Assembly: GCA_031414775.1 (NCBI GenBank)
Contig: JANOQI010000027.1
Coordinates: 1 to 32,668, forward strand
Direction of reading: 5' to 3'
Source: Synechococcales cyanobacterium VAR_4_metabat_354
GTDB lineage: Bacteria; Cyanobacteriota; Cyanobacteriia; Cyanobacteriales; Chamaesiphonaceae
DNA length: 32,668 nucleotides
The notes below the pieces were generated by a model. The model was not told the origin of the DNA. It saw only the letters and a list, made by a program, of their open reading frames with translations, and ran no database searches. Position 1 is the first letter of the stretch, and each line of letters opens with the position of its first letter. Shown here one piece after another: positions 19,633 through 28,799 of the stretch. Both the position numbers and the translations under genes were made by a program.

Positions 19633-20151
19633 ATGCGTGAAATTTTAATTAGCTTAAGTGTGATGATTGTCTGTACAGTCTTAATCCTGTTCGCCCAATT
19701 CACCACTCCGCCAGCAGCCAACGCCGATGTTGTGCCAGTAGTCGCCATGACTTCCGGCAAGCCGGCTGCTGCTCCTCAACCGAAAACCCCAGCAAAGAAA
19801 AAAATGTCTGAACCAATTACTACTCCCTCTGGCCTCAAATACGTCGAAACTACCGTCGGTACCGGGGCTGTGCCGCAAAGTGGCCAAACTGTAGAAGTTC
19901 ACTACACTGGCACCCTCGAAAATGGTAAAAAATTCGATAGCTCCCGCGATCGCAACCAAACTTTTAAGTTTCAGATCGGTACCGGCCAAGTGATCAAAGG
20001 CTGGGATGAAGGTTTGAGTACAATGAAAGTAGGCGGTCGTCGCCTACTAACTATTCCACCCGAGTTAGGTTATGGAGCGCGTGGTGCTGGCGGCGTGATT
20101 CCGCCTAATGCTGTGCTGCTTTTTGATGTGGAATTAATTGGCGTCAAATAA
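19633..20151 (+). CDS. FKBP-type peptidyl-prolyl isomerase with N-terminal signal/anchor
   Basis: [27 protein letters not shown] and [24 protein letters not shown]. Confidence 0.93.
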   Translation: MREILISLSVMIVCTVLILFAQFTTPPAANADVVPVVAMTSGKPAAAPQPKTPAKKKMSEPITTPSGLKYVETTVGTGAVPQSGQTVEVHYTGTLENGKKFDSSRDRNQTFKFQIGTGQVIKGWDEGLSTMKVGGRRLLTIPPELGYGARGAGGVIPPNAVLLFDVELIGVK

Positions 20152-20168
20152 ATTGCAAAATTAGATAC

Positions 20169-20190
20169 AGGGCGGGTTGTAACTCGCCCT
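20169..20190. repeat. Short intergenic palindrome (REP-like or terminator stem)
   Basis: AGGGCGGGTT-GT-AACTCGCCCT imperfect IR between the FKBP gene and thiE. Confidence 0.4.
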
Positions 20191-20205
20191 TACCCGTTTT
20201 TAATA

Positions 20206-21357
20206 ATGACTGATTTCAACCTTTTACAACCAACTATTCAAAGAATTTTAGATGCCAATCTCGATCGATCGCGAGAGGGCTTGCGGATTATTGAAGAATG
20301 GTGCCGCTTTGGTTTAGATGACAGTGACCTAGCGCAAGAATGTAAGAATTTGCGCCAAGAATTAGCCGTTTGGCATACGCCCGAGCTACGCGCTGCTCGG
20401 AATACGCCTGGTGATGTGGGCACTAGTTTGACCCATGCCGGTGAGGAAGAGCGTCAGAGCATTGAACAATTATTAGTAGCTAACTTTAGTCGGGTACAAG
20501 AAGCCCTACGGGTCTTAGAAGAATACAGCAAACTAGTAACCGGCGGCATGAGTAGTAGTTGCAAACAGCTGCGCTACCGAGTTTACACTTTGGAATCACA
20601 GTTGGTTTCCTATCGCAGTCGCCAAATTTTAGCGTCAGCCCGACTATACCTAGTCACGATGCCCGTTCCAGATTTGTTGGGTAGTGTTGAAAAGGCTTTG
20701 CAAGGTGGTTTAACTTTGGTGCAGTACCGCGATAAAACCAGTGATGATGCCGTGCGGTTGGAGCAAGCACAGCAGCTCTGTCAACTCTGCCATAACTATG
20801 GAGCGCTGTTTATTATTAACGATCGAGTAGATTTAGCCTTAGCCGTAGGCGCTGATGGCGTGCACCTGGGTCAAAATGATATCTCGATCTCCTTGGCGCG
20901 GCAAATTTTAGGCTCTCAAAAAATTGTCGGCAGGTCTACAACTAATGCCACCGAAATGGAAAAAGCCTTGCAAGAGGGTGCCGATTATATTGGGGTTGGA
21001 CCAGTCTATGAAACGCCAACGAAAGCTGGGAAAAGCGCAGCTGGTTTAGAATACGTGCGTTATGCGGCTGAACATGCCACCGTTCCTTGGTTTGCGATCG
21101 GCGGCATTGATCAAAACAACATTTTAGATGTAATCCAGAACGGTGGTCGGTCAGTAGCTGTGGTCAGAGCCATTATGATGGCCGATCAGCCTTCCTTGGG
21201 CGTGCAATATTTTCTGTCGCAACTCAATCGATCGCCTGTTCGGCAACCGCAGATAGCTTCAGTTGCTAGTAACCAGGCCACCAACTCTCAGAAAGATAAT
21301 AGTAATAGTGCTGCTACTGCTCAGACCAAGAAAACGCAGATTCCTTTTCGGCCTTAA
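20206..21357 (+). CDS. thiE: Thiamine phosphate synthase, cyanobacterial form with N-terminal extra domain
   Basis: RILDANLDR.REGLR N-domain; VQYRDK, INDRVDLA, DGVHLGQ, P.YETPTK and FAIGGID. Confidence 0.92.
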   Translation: MTDFNLLQPTIQRILDANLDRSREGLRIIEEWCRFGLDDSDLAQECKNLRQELAVWHTPELRAARNTPGDVGTSLTHAGEEERQSIEQLLVANFSRVQEALRVLEEYSKLVTGGMSSSCKQLRYRVYTLESQLVSYRSRQILASARLYLVTMPVPDLLGSVEKALQGGLTLVQYRDKTSDDAVRLEQAQQLCQLCHNYGALFIINDRVDLALAVGADGVHLGQNDISISLARQILGSQKIVGRSTTNATEMEKALQEGADYIGVGPVYETPTKAGKSAAGLEYVRYAAEHATVPWFAIGGIDQNNILDVIQNGGRSVAVVRAIMMADQPSLGVQYFLSQLNRSPVRQPQIASVASNQATNSQKDNSNSAATAQTKKTQIPFRP

Positions 21358-21533
21358 TACATCCTCTAGTTAAATTATTAGACAACCAATTCCAGCGAAT
21401 TTTTATAGTGATAATGATAGCATTCAGCCAGTGTCATTTCAGATACCTCTTGGAGAGAATTCATATCTATAGTTTAACTGACATGAGTCGATCTCAAAAA
21501 TCTGTTCTGACAGTGATGAATAAATGGCTGTCA

Positions 21534-22202
21534 TCAGCTATTGAACTTTGCCAGAACTGGAGAGATCTCATTTAGTTCATCAACAATCGCATCAGCTTCT
21601 TTCGCCTCTGTCCAAGATGAATTACGCTTCCAGATTGTTTTCATCATTGCGCCTTTTCCCCCAGCAATATCAACTTCTGGATGGTCGCCAATAAAAACAC
21701 TCTCCAAGGCTGATACCCCCAATCGATTAATCGCCCGCTGAAAAATCTCCGCTTGCGGTTTCCTAACTTGTTCCACTTCAGAAATGAGAATGACATCAAA
21801 GTAGTCTCGAATCGCCAATCCGTCAATTGCCCGCGCTTGAAACGGACTTCGCCCATTTGTGATAATGCCGAGTAAATAGCCTTGCTCTTTTAATTCATTC
21901 AGCATCTCGGTGAGGAACTGAAATGGCACACAGTGATACTGAAATTGCATTTCATAATCTTCTAGCAATGACTGCCAACTTATCCCCTCAATGGTAAATT
22001 CCGACACTAGAGATTGATAAACCTTGTCCTTCCATACATGACCGTGGCAATCTAGCTCGATAAATCTTGCCATGTAATCATTTTTGGGAATGTGATTTAA
22101 ATGTTCGCTCAGCCGATCGTATTGTACTGAAACGAATTGCTCGACTGATGCATCGCGATCGAGTAAAGTGCCATCTAAATCAAAAAGAACTGCTTTAACC
22201 AT
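21534..22202 (-). CDS. HAD family hydrolase (putative cassette gene)
   Basis: LFDLDGTLLD (motif I), ITNG (II), KP (III) and IGDHPEVD (IV). Confidence 0.88.
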   Translation of the reverse strand: MVKAVLFDLDGTLLDRDASVEQFVSVQYDRLSEHLNHIPKNDYMARFIELDCHGHVWKDKVYQSLVSEFTIEGISWQSLLEDYEMQFQYHCVPFQFLTEMLNELKEQGYLLGIITNGRSPFQARAIDGLAIRDYFDVILISEVEQVRKPQAEIFQRAINRLGVSALESVFIGDHPEVDIAGGKGAMMKTIWKRNSSWTEAKEADAIVDELNEISPVLAKFNS

Positions 22203-22243
22203 TTATCAAACTCCCCGCGACTATTCCAGCCCTGCATCTCATC

Positions 22244-22334
22244 GACTAAAAAACGGCATGGGCTTCAGCAGTGGCAAGAGTTTTTGAGTCATTACCAGAG
22301 TATTTCAGCTATCCGCTGCAAGCCCTGGTTAGAC
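22244..22334 (-). other. attC-like recombination site (degenerate R')
   Basis: Minus strand reads GTCTAAC-CAGGG-CTTGCAGCGG...CTGCTGAAG-CCCATGCC-GTTTTTTAGTC. GGGCTTCAGC (22260-22269) pairs with GCTGCAAGCCC (22315-22325) leaving one extrahelical base. Confidence 0.7.
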
Positions 22335-22361
22335 AATGCAGAAAGACTGACAAAAACTCAA

Positions 22362-22613
22362 TTACCTCACTGCGCGAAGCTCCTCTTGAATAACTCGGCG
22401 TAGTGTTTCTTCGTCTAGAGGCTGCTTTACTTTTTCTAGATACTCCCGCAAAGCCTTATTCATAATAGTTTGATAACCTTTGCCAGCAGAATCACTCCGT
22501 TCTCGAAAAGTTTCCAATACATCATCGTCAATATAAATTGTGATGCGAGTTTTACCTATTTGGGGAATGACGGTACCCCGTTTTGCTTGACTAAAATCAT
22601 ATTCCGCTTTCAT
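22362..22613 (-). CDS. brnA: BrnA-family antitoxin
   Basis: EYDFSQAKRG, K.RITI.ID.DVL..FR and GYQT.MN.ALR. Confidence 0.85.
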   Translation of the reverse strand: MKAEYDFSQAKRGTVIPQIGKTRITIYIDDDVLETFRERSDSAGKGYQTIMNKALREYLEKVKQPLDEETLRRVIQEELRAVR

Positions 22614-22869
22614 ACTTCTGTCTCTCAGAACGGGTTGCTGGACGGGCTGAAATCAGGCGAACACAATTCTCTCGATCCGTATAGACCACGACTAGCAATC
22701 GCCAGAGATGATCCATTCCAATCACAACAAATCGTTGTTCTCCTTGAGCCGTTGTATCTTCAAAAGAAAGCGCATTTGGGTCAAACAGAACTGCCTCAGC
22801 ATCAGAAAAGCGCACACTGTGCTTTTGCAGATTAATAGCCGCTTTGTTCGGGTCCCATTCAACTTCCAT
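22597..22869 (-). CDS. brnT: BrnT-family toxin
   Basis: EWDPNKA..N..KH...F.DA..V..D, E.RF..IG, LVVVYT.R and RLISARPAT..ER..Y. Confidence 0.88.
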   Translation of the reverse strand: MEVEWDPNKAAINLQKHSVRFSDAEAVLFDPNALSFEDTTAQGEQRFVVIGMDHLWRLLVVVYTDRENCVRLISARPATRSERQKYESGI

Positions 22870-22875
22870 ACATAT

Positions 22876-22905
22876 ACTATATGCACAAGAATGAGTTTTG
22901 TGCTA
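22876..22905 (-). promoter_or_regulatory. Probable cassette-internal brnTA promoter/operator (leaderless)
   Basis: -10-like TATAGT (22881-22876) lies 6 nt before the ATG. An inverted repeat GCACAA (22883-22888) / TTGTGC (22898-22903) is a candidate autorepression site. Confidence 0.45.
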
Positions 22906-22924
22906 GATGATTGAATTTGGGTCA

Positions 22925-22998
22925 GTCTAACGGTCACGTTCAGCGGTAGCACATCACTTTTACATCTTGTCTTAGCTGTGCTCCGTCTGTTGTTCAAA
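22925..22998 (-). other. attC-like recombination site (degenerate L'')
   Basis: On the minus strand TTTGAAC contains the TGA stop of the tautomerase gene, and the site ends CCGCTGAAC-GTGACC-GTTAGAC (L', spacer, core). Internal AGCACA/TGTGCT pairing. Confidence 0.65.
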
Positions 22999-23383
22999 CA
23001 TTGATCTTGTAGTTCAAGGTGTGCTCGTCTCCGGGCTTGCCTCGAAATCTCCAATTGCAAGCCGGTGTCTCGGTGATGGTAATCTCAATATCGTTAGGAG
23101 GTATCCCAATTTCAGACTCAATTCTCTGGAAAAGTAAATTAATGAGTCTCTTCTTCGTCTCTACCGTTCTCCCCTCGATCATGCTGAACTCAATGATGGT
23201 ATAACGATCAGTTCGGCCCGATGGAGAGAAAAAATCATCTGCATCCAAGTGAAAGAATCGATGAGCGCGCTTGTCTTCCGGAAAGGAAAGCGCCTCGACG
23301 ACACATGAGTGTATTGTGTCCGAGAGACGGCTGCGAATCGGTTTGAGTTTCTCTCTGAGACCATAGATTTTGACTTGTGACAT
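22994..23383 (-). CDS. Tautomerase-family protein (putative cassette gene)
   Basis: MSQVKIYG, F.FP.DKR.HRFF, P.GR...YTIIE..M.EGR..ETKK and DIEITI.E.P..NW..RG. Confidence 0.8.
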   Translation of the reverse strand: MSQVKIYGLREKLKPIRSRLSDTIHSCVVEALSFPEDKRAHRFFHLDADDFFSPSGRTDRYTIIEFSMIEGRTVETKKRLINLLFQRIESEIGIPPNDIEITITETPACNWRFRGKPGDEHTLNYKINV

Positions 23384-23482
23384 TGCTTCTCTTTTCAGTA
23401 TTGGTAGAGTGGAATCAGTTTCGAGGTCTAACTATTGGCTATGCTGACAGATTCAGTACAACCCCCTCAATTTAGGTGCATG

Positions 23483-23663
23483 TAGAACCCATTTGGTATC
23501 TTTCAATATTGCAATGCAAGGGATTCACGAAAGTCGTTTTAATCAGCCCAGCAACCAAATGGGTTAAACAGCTGAGAAATTATGAGAATTTGCTGCAAGG
23601 GATAATGAGATCCATGTGGGCAAGGAGCTTCCAAATAAGGAATTAGATACCCAATGGGTTCTA
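23483..23663. mobile_element. TA-flanked MITE-like element (IS630/Tc1-mariner-type ends)
   Basis: TA-GAACCCATTTGGTATCT (23483-23501) and AGATACCCAATGGGTTC-TA (23645-23663) match at 18/19 positions as an IR, including the flanking TA; non-coding. Confidence 0.6.
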
Positions 23664-23880
23664 TAAGGAAAATTGTCCGCATGTACCCCAGGAAATAAGA
23701 GCATTAGCCCGACGTTCGTCCGCATAACGCCCCAAATTGGGTGTTCAGACTGAACTGCCTCAGTTTAAACACTATTGCTTTAGATAAATATATTTCATAT
23801 TGTAGTGATTTTGAAAATAACCACGATCGAACAACGGAAAACAATTCAACTCACCCGCGCCGACACTACTTATTGCCATG

Positions 23881-24396
23881 TCAGGTAAACCCCAAATCTT
23901 CACCCTGACCAGCATGAACCGCAGCCAGCTTCGCATACTTCTGAGCATGAACAATCAAATCAGCCGCTTCCTCCGCCGAAACCGTGTGCCGAAGCTTAGC
24001 CGGTACCCCCACCATTATCGATCGAGGTTCCACATCCTTAGTCACCACTGCCCCCGCCCCAATAATACTGCCCGCTCCAATCCTTACCCCATCCAAAACA
24101 ATCGCCCCCATTCCAATCAGACAGCCCTTTTCAATAAAAGCTGAATGGATCACCGCCCGATGTCCGATCGTTACATAATCCCCAATCACCGTCGCGATCC
24201 CCGGATCGCCGTGAATGATTGCCCCATCTTGCACATTACTAAAAGCCCCAATCTCAATTCTTTCCACATCACCGCGTACCACCGCCCCATACCAAATACT
24301 CGCCTGATCACCCAGCGTCACGCGACCCATCACCGTGGCATTAGGAGCAACAAAAGCAGCAGCAGTGCGATCTACTGGTGGCCAAAAAGAAGTCAT
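23881..24396 (-). CDS. Gamma carbonic anhydrase family protein
   Basis: Hexapeptide repeats, IWYGAVVRGD, SNVQDG..H, TIGH...H and GVPAK. Confidence 0.9.
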   Translation of the reverse strand: MTSFWPPVDRTAAAFVAPNATVMGRVTLGDQASIWYGAVVRGDVERIEIGAFSNVQDGAIIHGDPGIATVIGDYVTIGHRAVIHSAFIEKGCLIGMGAIVLDGVRIGAGSIIGAGAVVTKDVEPRSIMVGVPAKLRHTVSAEEAADLIVHAQKYAKLAAVHAGQGEDLGFT

Positions 24397-24448
24397 AGAG
24401 TTAGTAAATATTCAAATATCAAGGTTGACTCAAATTTTAGCGCGATTT

Positions 24449-24515
24449 CCTGGAGCAGCAGCCCCCATACCGACATTCTTTCCAGGTCGGATCACCGCAA
24501 ACCGGAACCGGGGCT
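24449..24515. ncRNA. Candidate structured RNA in a divergent intergenic region
   Basis: GC-rich patch with nested pairings AGCCCC/GGGGCT, CCGAC/GTCGG and CCG/CGG, plus an alternative CCTGGA/TCCAGG. No family recognised. Confidence 0.3.
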
Positions 24516-24554
24516 AAATGATAAAGTCATTAATAGTGAAACTCTTTGGCTGTC

Positions 24555-25601
24555 ATGAATACCCCTGATTCTTTTCTGCGCAATATTTGGTACTACGCCC
24601 TCCCTGGCGAACAGCTAAAGCCCGGTCAAATGTTGGCCAAAACTATTTTGAACGAACCAGTGCTGCTGGGGCGTAGTAACAGTGGTGCAGTTTTTGCCTT
24701 GCGGGATATTTGCCCTCACCGGGCAGTGCCCCTGAGTTGTGGCCGTTTTGATGGCGAAGAAGTGGAATGTTGTTATCATGGCTGGCGGTTTAACCCCGAT
24801 GGCGAATGTACGATCATTCCAGCCTTGGCCGCCGGTCAGCAGGTGGATTTAGGACGGTACGGAGTGCGCAAATACCAGGTGCGTGATGTCCAGGGAAATA
24901 TTTGGATCTACATGCCGGAGCTAGATCAATTGGACGCGGTACCAGATTCCGAGCCGCCGCAGATTCCGGGCATTGGCGATGTATCGCCCCAGGTGAGCTT
25001 AATGCTGCCATTTCCCTGCCATATTGACCATGCCGTTGTGGGTTTAATGGACCCAGCGCATGTACCTTTTGTGCACCGGTCTTGGTGGTGGCGATCGAAC
25101 AGCATTCTCTCCGATGAAATCAAAACCTTCGACCCCTCGCCCCACGGGTTTACGATGCGCCGCCATACATTGGAACGCAGTACCTTTTTCTATGACTTAG
25201 TGGGGGGCACCCCGGATGTAGAAATTTCTTTTCAGTTACCGGGTGTAAGGATCGAGCAAGTGATTACTCGCAAGCATCGGGTGATTAATTTGACGGTGAT
25301 TACGCCGCTTACTGACAATGAAACAGAAGTAACAACTTTGTTTTACACCACACTCTCGTGGGCAAAGATATTGAAACCGGTAATCTTGCCGTATATCCGA
25401 ACATTTTTAGATCAAGATCGGCAAATGGTAGTGAAGCAGCAAATTGGTCTCAAGTACGATCCGCCCTTAATGTTAATAAAAGATGCTGATGCCCAGGCTC
25501 GGTGGTACTATCAGCTTAAAGGTGAATACAAGAGATCGATCGCTGAATCTCGACCTTTCCAAAACCCAGTCAAAGAGCAGGTTCTGCACTGGCGTAGCTA
25601 A
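24555..25601 (+). CDS. Rieske non-heme iron oxygenase (ring-hydroxylating alpha-subunit-like)
   Basis: CPHR...C.YHGW Rieske motif and mononuclear Fe site DPAH..FVH. Confidence 0.88.
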   Translation: MNTPDSFLRNIWYYALPGEQLKPGQMLAKTILNEPVLLGRSNSGAVFALRDICPHRAVPLSCGRFDGEEVECCYHGWRFNPDGECTIIPALAAGQQVDLGRYGVRKYQVRDVQGNIWIYMPELDQLDAVPDSEPPQIPGIGDVSPQVSLMLPFPCHIDHAVVGLMDPAHVPFVHRSWWWRSNSILSDEIKTFDPSPHGFTMRRHTLERSTFFYDLVGGTPDVEISFQLPGVRIEQVITRKHRVINLTVITPLTDNETEVTTLFYTTLSWAKILKPVILPYIRTFLDQDRQMVVKQQIGLKYDPPLMLIKDADAQARWYYQLKGEYKRSIAESRPFQNPVKEQVLHWRS

Positions 25602-25655
25602 TTCTGCTGTCTTAATTTTGTCTGAATTTCATTCACCTTTTTTATAACTACAACT

Positions 25656-25877
25656 ATGAATCAAGAGCCTTCAGAAATAGCATCGGTTGATATGTGGCAA
25701 TCTAAACCCTGGTGGTGCCAGCCTTGGACAATTATCCTCACCGGGATTTTGTTGATAGCCGGGAGCTGGTTTTTGTTACATACCCTGTGGTTGACTGTGC
25801 CTTTGGGAATTTTGATTGTGGTGTGGTGGACTTATTTTTTGCTTTTGGTACCCCGGCTTTTACGGGGAGGGCAATAG
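25656..25877 (+). CDS. Small cyanobacterial membrane protein (DUF6737-like)
   Basis: W..KPWWCQPW.I.LTG followed by two hydrophobic helices. Confidence 0.7.
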   Translation: MNQEPSEIASVDMWQSKPWWCQPWTIILTGILLIAGSWFLLHTLWLTVPLGILIVVWWTYFLLLVPRLLRGGQ

Positions 25878-26963
25878 TAGGCTTTTAATTTGTTTAGCTC
25901 GGTTGCCTAGACATACTTTTAGCAAGTGAGTATTACTTGGTGCTGACAAAGGATATTCAATTAATATTAAGACCTTAAACAGAAAGAAAGAGAGACCAGT
26001 CGTAACCGGCTGGAAGAAATTACTGGACAATAGTTTTCCGTATTGTCGTACTACCCAGTCATTTTCAATTAGTTGCCAGATCGATGCTGGTAAAGGTGTA
26101 CCTAGCAGATCATGAGTGACGAGCAGGGCGATCAGCAATAGCCGCTGACAGCCGCTCGTAGTTGCTCGATCGATCACGGTTTCCCATCGTGGCGCTGAGT
26201 AATGACCCACTAATTCAGCAATATCAGAGACTTTTGCTAATATGCATTTTTTAGCATAAGAATCTTTCACAATTTGGATAGATAACACTAGTAAAAGGTC
26301 TTCCATACTGAAACTTTGAACAGTGTTATCTAATAAAACAACACTTTGGCAACGCTGAATACAACCTTTAAAATCAAGACGAAATGGATAGTAAGATTGA
26401 GCGATACCTATATGGAGGTCAATATTAACTCCCTGATCAAGATGAATAAATGTTTGTTCCCATTCATATTGATCATATAATTGATAACCCTTAGAAATCA
26501 GTAATGCCTCGGATTTAGTCACATCTTGAGGGTCAATCAATAAATCTAAATCCTGAAATTGACGGAAGCAAATATCTCCGTACACAGCAGATGCTAGTAC
26601 TGCTCCCTTATAAGGAATTACTTGAATATTTTCAGCAGCAAACCAAGCTAAAATCTCTAACAATTTACTGCTTAAAGACATGGAAATAACGATGTTCGTG
26701 TAATTTATTTCCCTCAACTGCCAGGAAATACTATCGGGAATTAGTTCACCACCGACCTGCTGTAAGTTCCGATAAAGTAAAGGAATAACCTGCTGATAAA
26801 TGGCTAATTCAATTAATTTATCCCAGTCGATCTTTTGCTGAATTAATAACCTAATTTGCTGATTAACAGTCTCATCAATATGCGTGCGAGCACAGCACAA
26901 TAATAGCTGCTCTTCGATCGAACTATTCAACATCACGCTAGATTGTAGATATGAAGATGTCAT
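25860..26963 (-). CDS. Uncharacterised nucleotidyltransferase (NTP_transf_5-like, lasso-cluster associated)
   Basis: IDW..L..LA, IPYKG..LA..YGD...R.F.DLDLLI and IDLH; starts 3 bp after the ABC transporter stop. Confidence 0.8.
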   Translation of the reverse strand: MTSSYLQSSVMLNSSIEEQLLLCCARTHIDETVNQQIRLLIQQKIDWDKLIELAIYQQVIPLLYRNLQQVGGELIPDSISWQLREINYTNIVISMSLSSKLLEILAWFAAENIQVIPYKGAVLASAVYGDICFRQFQDLDLLIDPQDVTKSEALLISKGYQLYDQYEWEQTFIHLDQGVNIDLHIGIAQSYYPFRLDFKGCIQRCQSVVLLDNTVQSFSMEDLLLVLSIQIVKDSYAKKCILAKVSDIAELVGHYSAPRWETVIDRATTSGCQRLLLIALLVTHDLLGTPLPASIWQLIENDWVVRQYGKLLSSNFFQPVTTGLSFFLFKVLILIEYPLSAPSNTHLLKVCLGNRAKQIKSLLLPSP

Positions 26964-26966
26964 CGG

Positions 26967-28781
26967 TTATCGATAAGGCTCGGCTTGGGTTTCAAATAGA
27001 TCGGCATAAACACCATGCTGCTTCATTAGTGTTTCGTGGGTGCCCTGCTCAATAATAAAGCCTTTATCCATTACATAAATTCGGTCAGCCATTTTGACGG
27101 TGGAGAGACGATGACTAATTAAAATAGCCGTCTGATTGGTGATCAGTTGCCGAAATTTTTGAAATACATCATATTCGGCCTTTGGATCCATCGCACTGGT
27201 CGGTTCATCCAAAACGATTACTTGGGAGTTACGCAAAAAAGCCCGGGCTAAAGCAATTTTTTGCCATTGACCAATACTCAGCTCCTCACCATCATCAAAT
27301 AAGGCACCGAGAATGGTTTCATAGCCTTGGGGTAGACTAGCAATCACCCGTTCAGCTCCCGAACGCTGGGCAGCGGTGCTGACACTGGCGATAGTCTGGG
27401 GCAACTCTGTATTGCCCAACCAAATATTTTCGAGGGCGGTGAGATTGTACTTGGCATAGTCTTGAAAAATCACGCTCATTTGACGGCGTAGATCTGCTGT
27501 TTTAAAGTTTTTTAAGTTAGTGTTATCGATCGATACCGTGCCACTAGTCGGATCGTACAACCGGCAGAGTAATTTCACCAAAGTTGTTTTACCACAACCA
27601 TTCTCGCCAACTAAAGCAATAATTTCGCCAGGGGCAATGCGTAAGTTGATGTTGTGCAAAGACTGGCGGGTGCTATTGGCGTATTTAAAAGAAACCTCCT
27701 CAAACACAATGCCGCTTTGCATGGGACAGGGTAAAACCTGGGGGTGTTCTGGTTCGGCGATCGTCGATTTAAGGTTGAGAAAATCATAGAGGTTGGTAAG
27801 AAAAAGATTATCTTCATACAGTCCCGACAGACTGCCTAAAATACCTTTGAGAGATGACTGACCCCGTTCAAAAGCCTGGTAGTACAGGAAAAGATCACCA
27901 ATTTTTAGAACGCCTTGTAAGGTTTGGTTCACAATAAAAGCATAAGCAGCCAGAATCATCACACTACTAATGAGCTGTGCTCCCAGTCCAGCGATCGATC
28001 TCTTGGCAGCAATAGAGACCTCTCCCCGCCATAGCTCCCGGCGCAACCGCTGAAAGCGCTCCCGAAACAGCTGACCAAGATTAAATAGCCGTACTTCTTT
28101 AGCAAACAGGACGCTGGTCAGCAGCCAATTAATGTAATCTGTTTGGCGCTCAATTACGGTCTTTTCACGGTTCCAATTAAAGAGCAGGTTGGCATACTTC
28201 ATTCTCACTAAGACAGACGGCAGAGCCGCTACTAAGAGAATGCTAGCAATGCCCCAATGTAGAGATAGCAACAGTACTACCATAGCGCTGAGCGAAATAC
28301 TTTGTTGAGCAACTTCGATCAGCTTTTGCAGAACTTGATTAGGCCGATAGGTGGCTTCTTCTTGTGCTCTTTTAAGGGTGTCTAAGTATTGAGGCGTTTC
28401 ATAGTAGCCTAAATCCATCTCGATCGATTTAGCCTGGAGCAGGTCACTCATGGCATCATTCACCCGATGAGACTGGCCAGTATTTACCAGGTCTGCCAAA
28501 AAAGTACAGAAGTCGGAGATGAGCGTGACCACACCTATCAGTACTAGTAACACTATTAGTTTCTGGGCAGCTGCTTGCGGCTGGGTGGTTAATCCCAAGG
28601 TCAGGGCATCAATAATTAGCTTGGTCAGATACAACGAGCAAAGCGGCAAAATCCCTTGAACGATTAGTAAACCCACCCGAGCGAGTGTCCAGCGGGGAGC
28701 ACTGTTCCAAACCATGCGGATTGCTGGCCCCAAATGTAAAGCCTGGGTAAGTTTAGAAATCAACTGCTGCGGTGAGGCCAT
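26967..28781 (-). CDS. ABC exporter (fused permease/ATPase, no C39 peptidase domain)
   Basis: N-terminal TM helices, Walker A GENGCGKTT, signature LSIGQWQK, Walker B VIVLDEP and ISHR. Confidence 0.9.
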   Translation of the reverse strand: MASPQQLISKLTQALHLGPAIRMVWNSAPRWTLARVGLLIVQGILPLCSLYLTKLIIDALTLGLTTQPQAAAQKLIVLLVLIGVVTLISDFCTFLADLVNTGQSHRVNDAMSDLLQAKSIEMDLGYYETPQYLDTLKRAQEEATYRPNQVLQKLIEVAQQSISLSAMVVLLLSLHWGIASILLVAALPSVLVRMKYANLLFNWNREKTVIERQTDYINWLLTSVLFAKEVRLFNLGQLFRERFQRLRRELWRGEVSIAAKRSIAGLGAQLISSVMILAAYAFIVNQTLQGVLKIGDLFLYYQAFERGQSSLKGILGSLSGLYEDNLFLTNLYDFLNLKSTIAEPEHPQVLPCPMQSGIVFEEVSFKYANSTRQSLHNINLRIAPGEIIALVGENGCGKTTLVKLLCRLYDPTSGTVSIDNTNLKNFKTADLRRQMSVIFQDYAKYNLTALENIWLGNTELPQTIASVSTAAQRSGAERVIASLPQGYETILGALFDDGEELSIGQWQKIALARAFLRNSQVIVLDEPTSAMDPKAEYDVFQKFRQLITNQTAILISHRLSTVKMADRIYVMDKGFIIEQGTHETLMKQHGVYADLFETQAEPYR

Positions 28782-28799
28782 AGAAAAACACTGCTGACT

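Noticed and set aside
21439..21534. 31-aa minus-strand ORF (MTAIYSSL...) abutting the HAD stop
   Set aside because: No motif or other support; it could be cassette filler or a gene remnant.
23772..24558. Several overlapping ORFs (23772-23954, 23878-24144, 23984-24178, 24145-24558, 24335-24517)
   Set aside because: These are shadow frames of the gamma-CA gene with biased composition. The same applies to the antisense ORFs over zwf, tal, fbp, pdhC, the FKBP gene and tnpB.
24555..25877. Rieske oxygenase and small membrane protein as members of the RiPP cluster
   Set aside because: They are on the opposite strand, converge on the operon and look like ordinary cyanobacterial genes. Nothing links them beyond adjacency.
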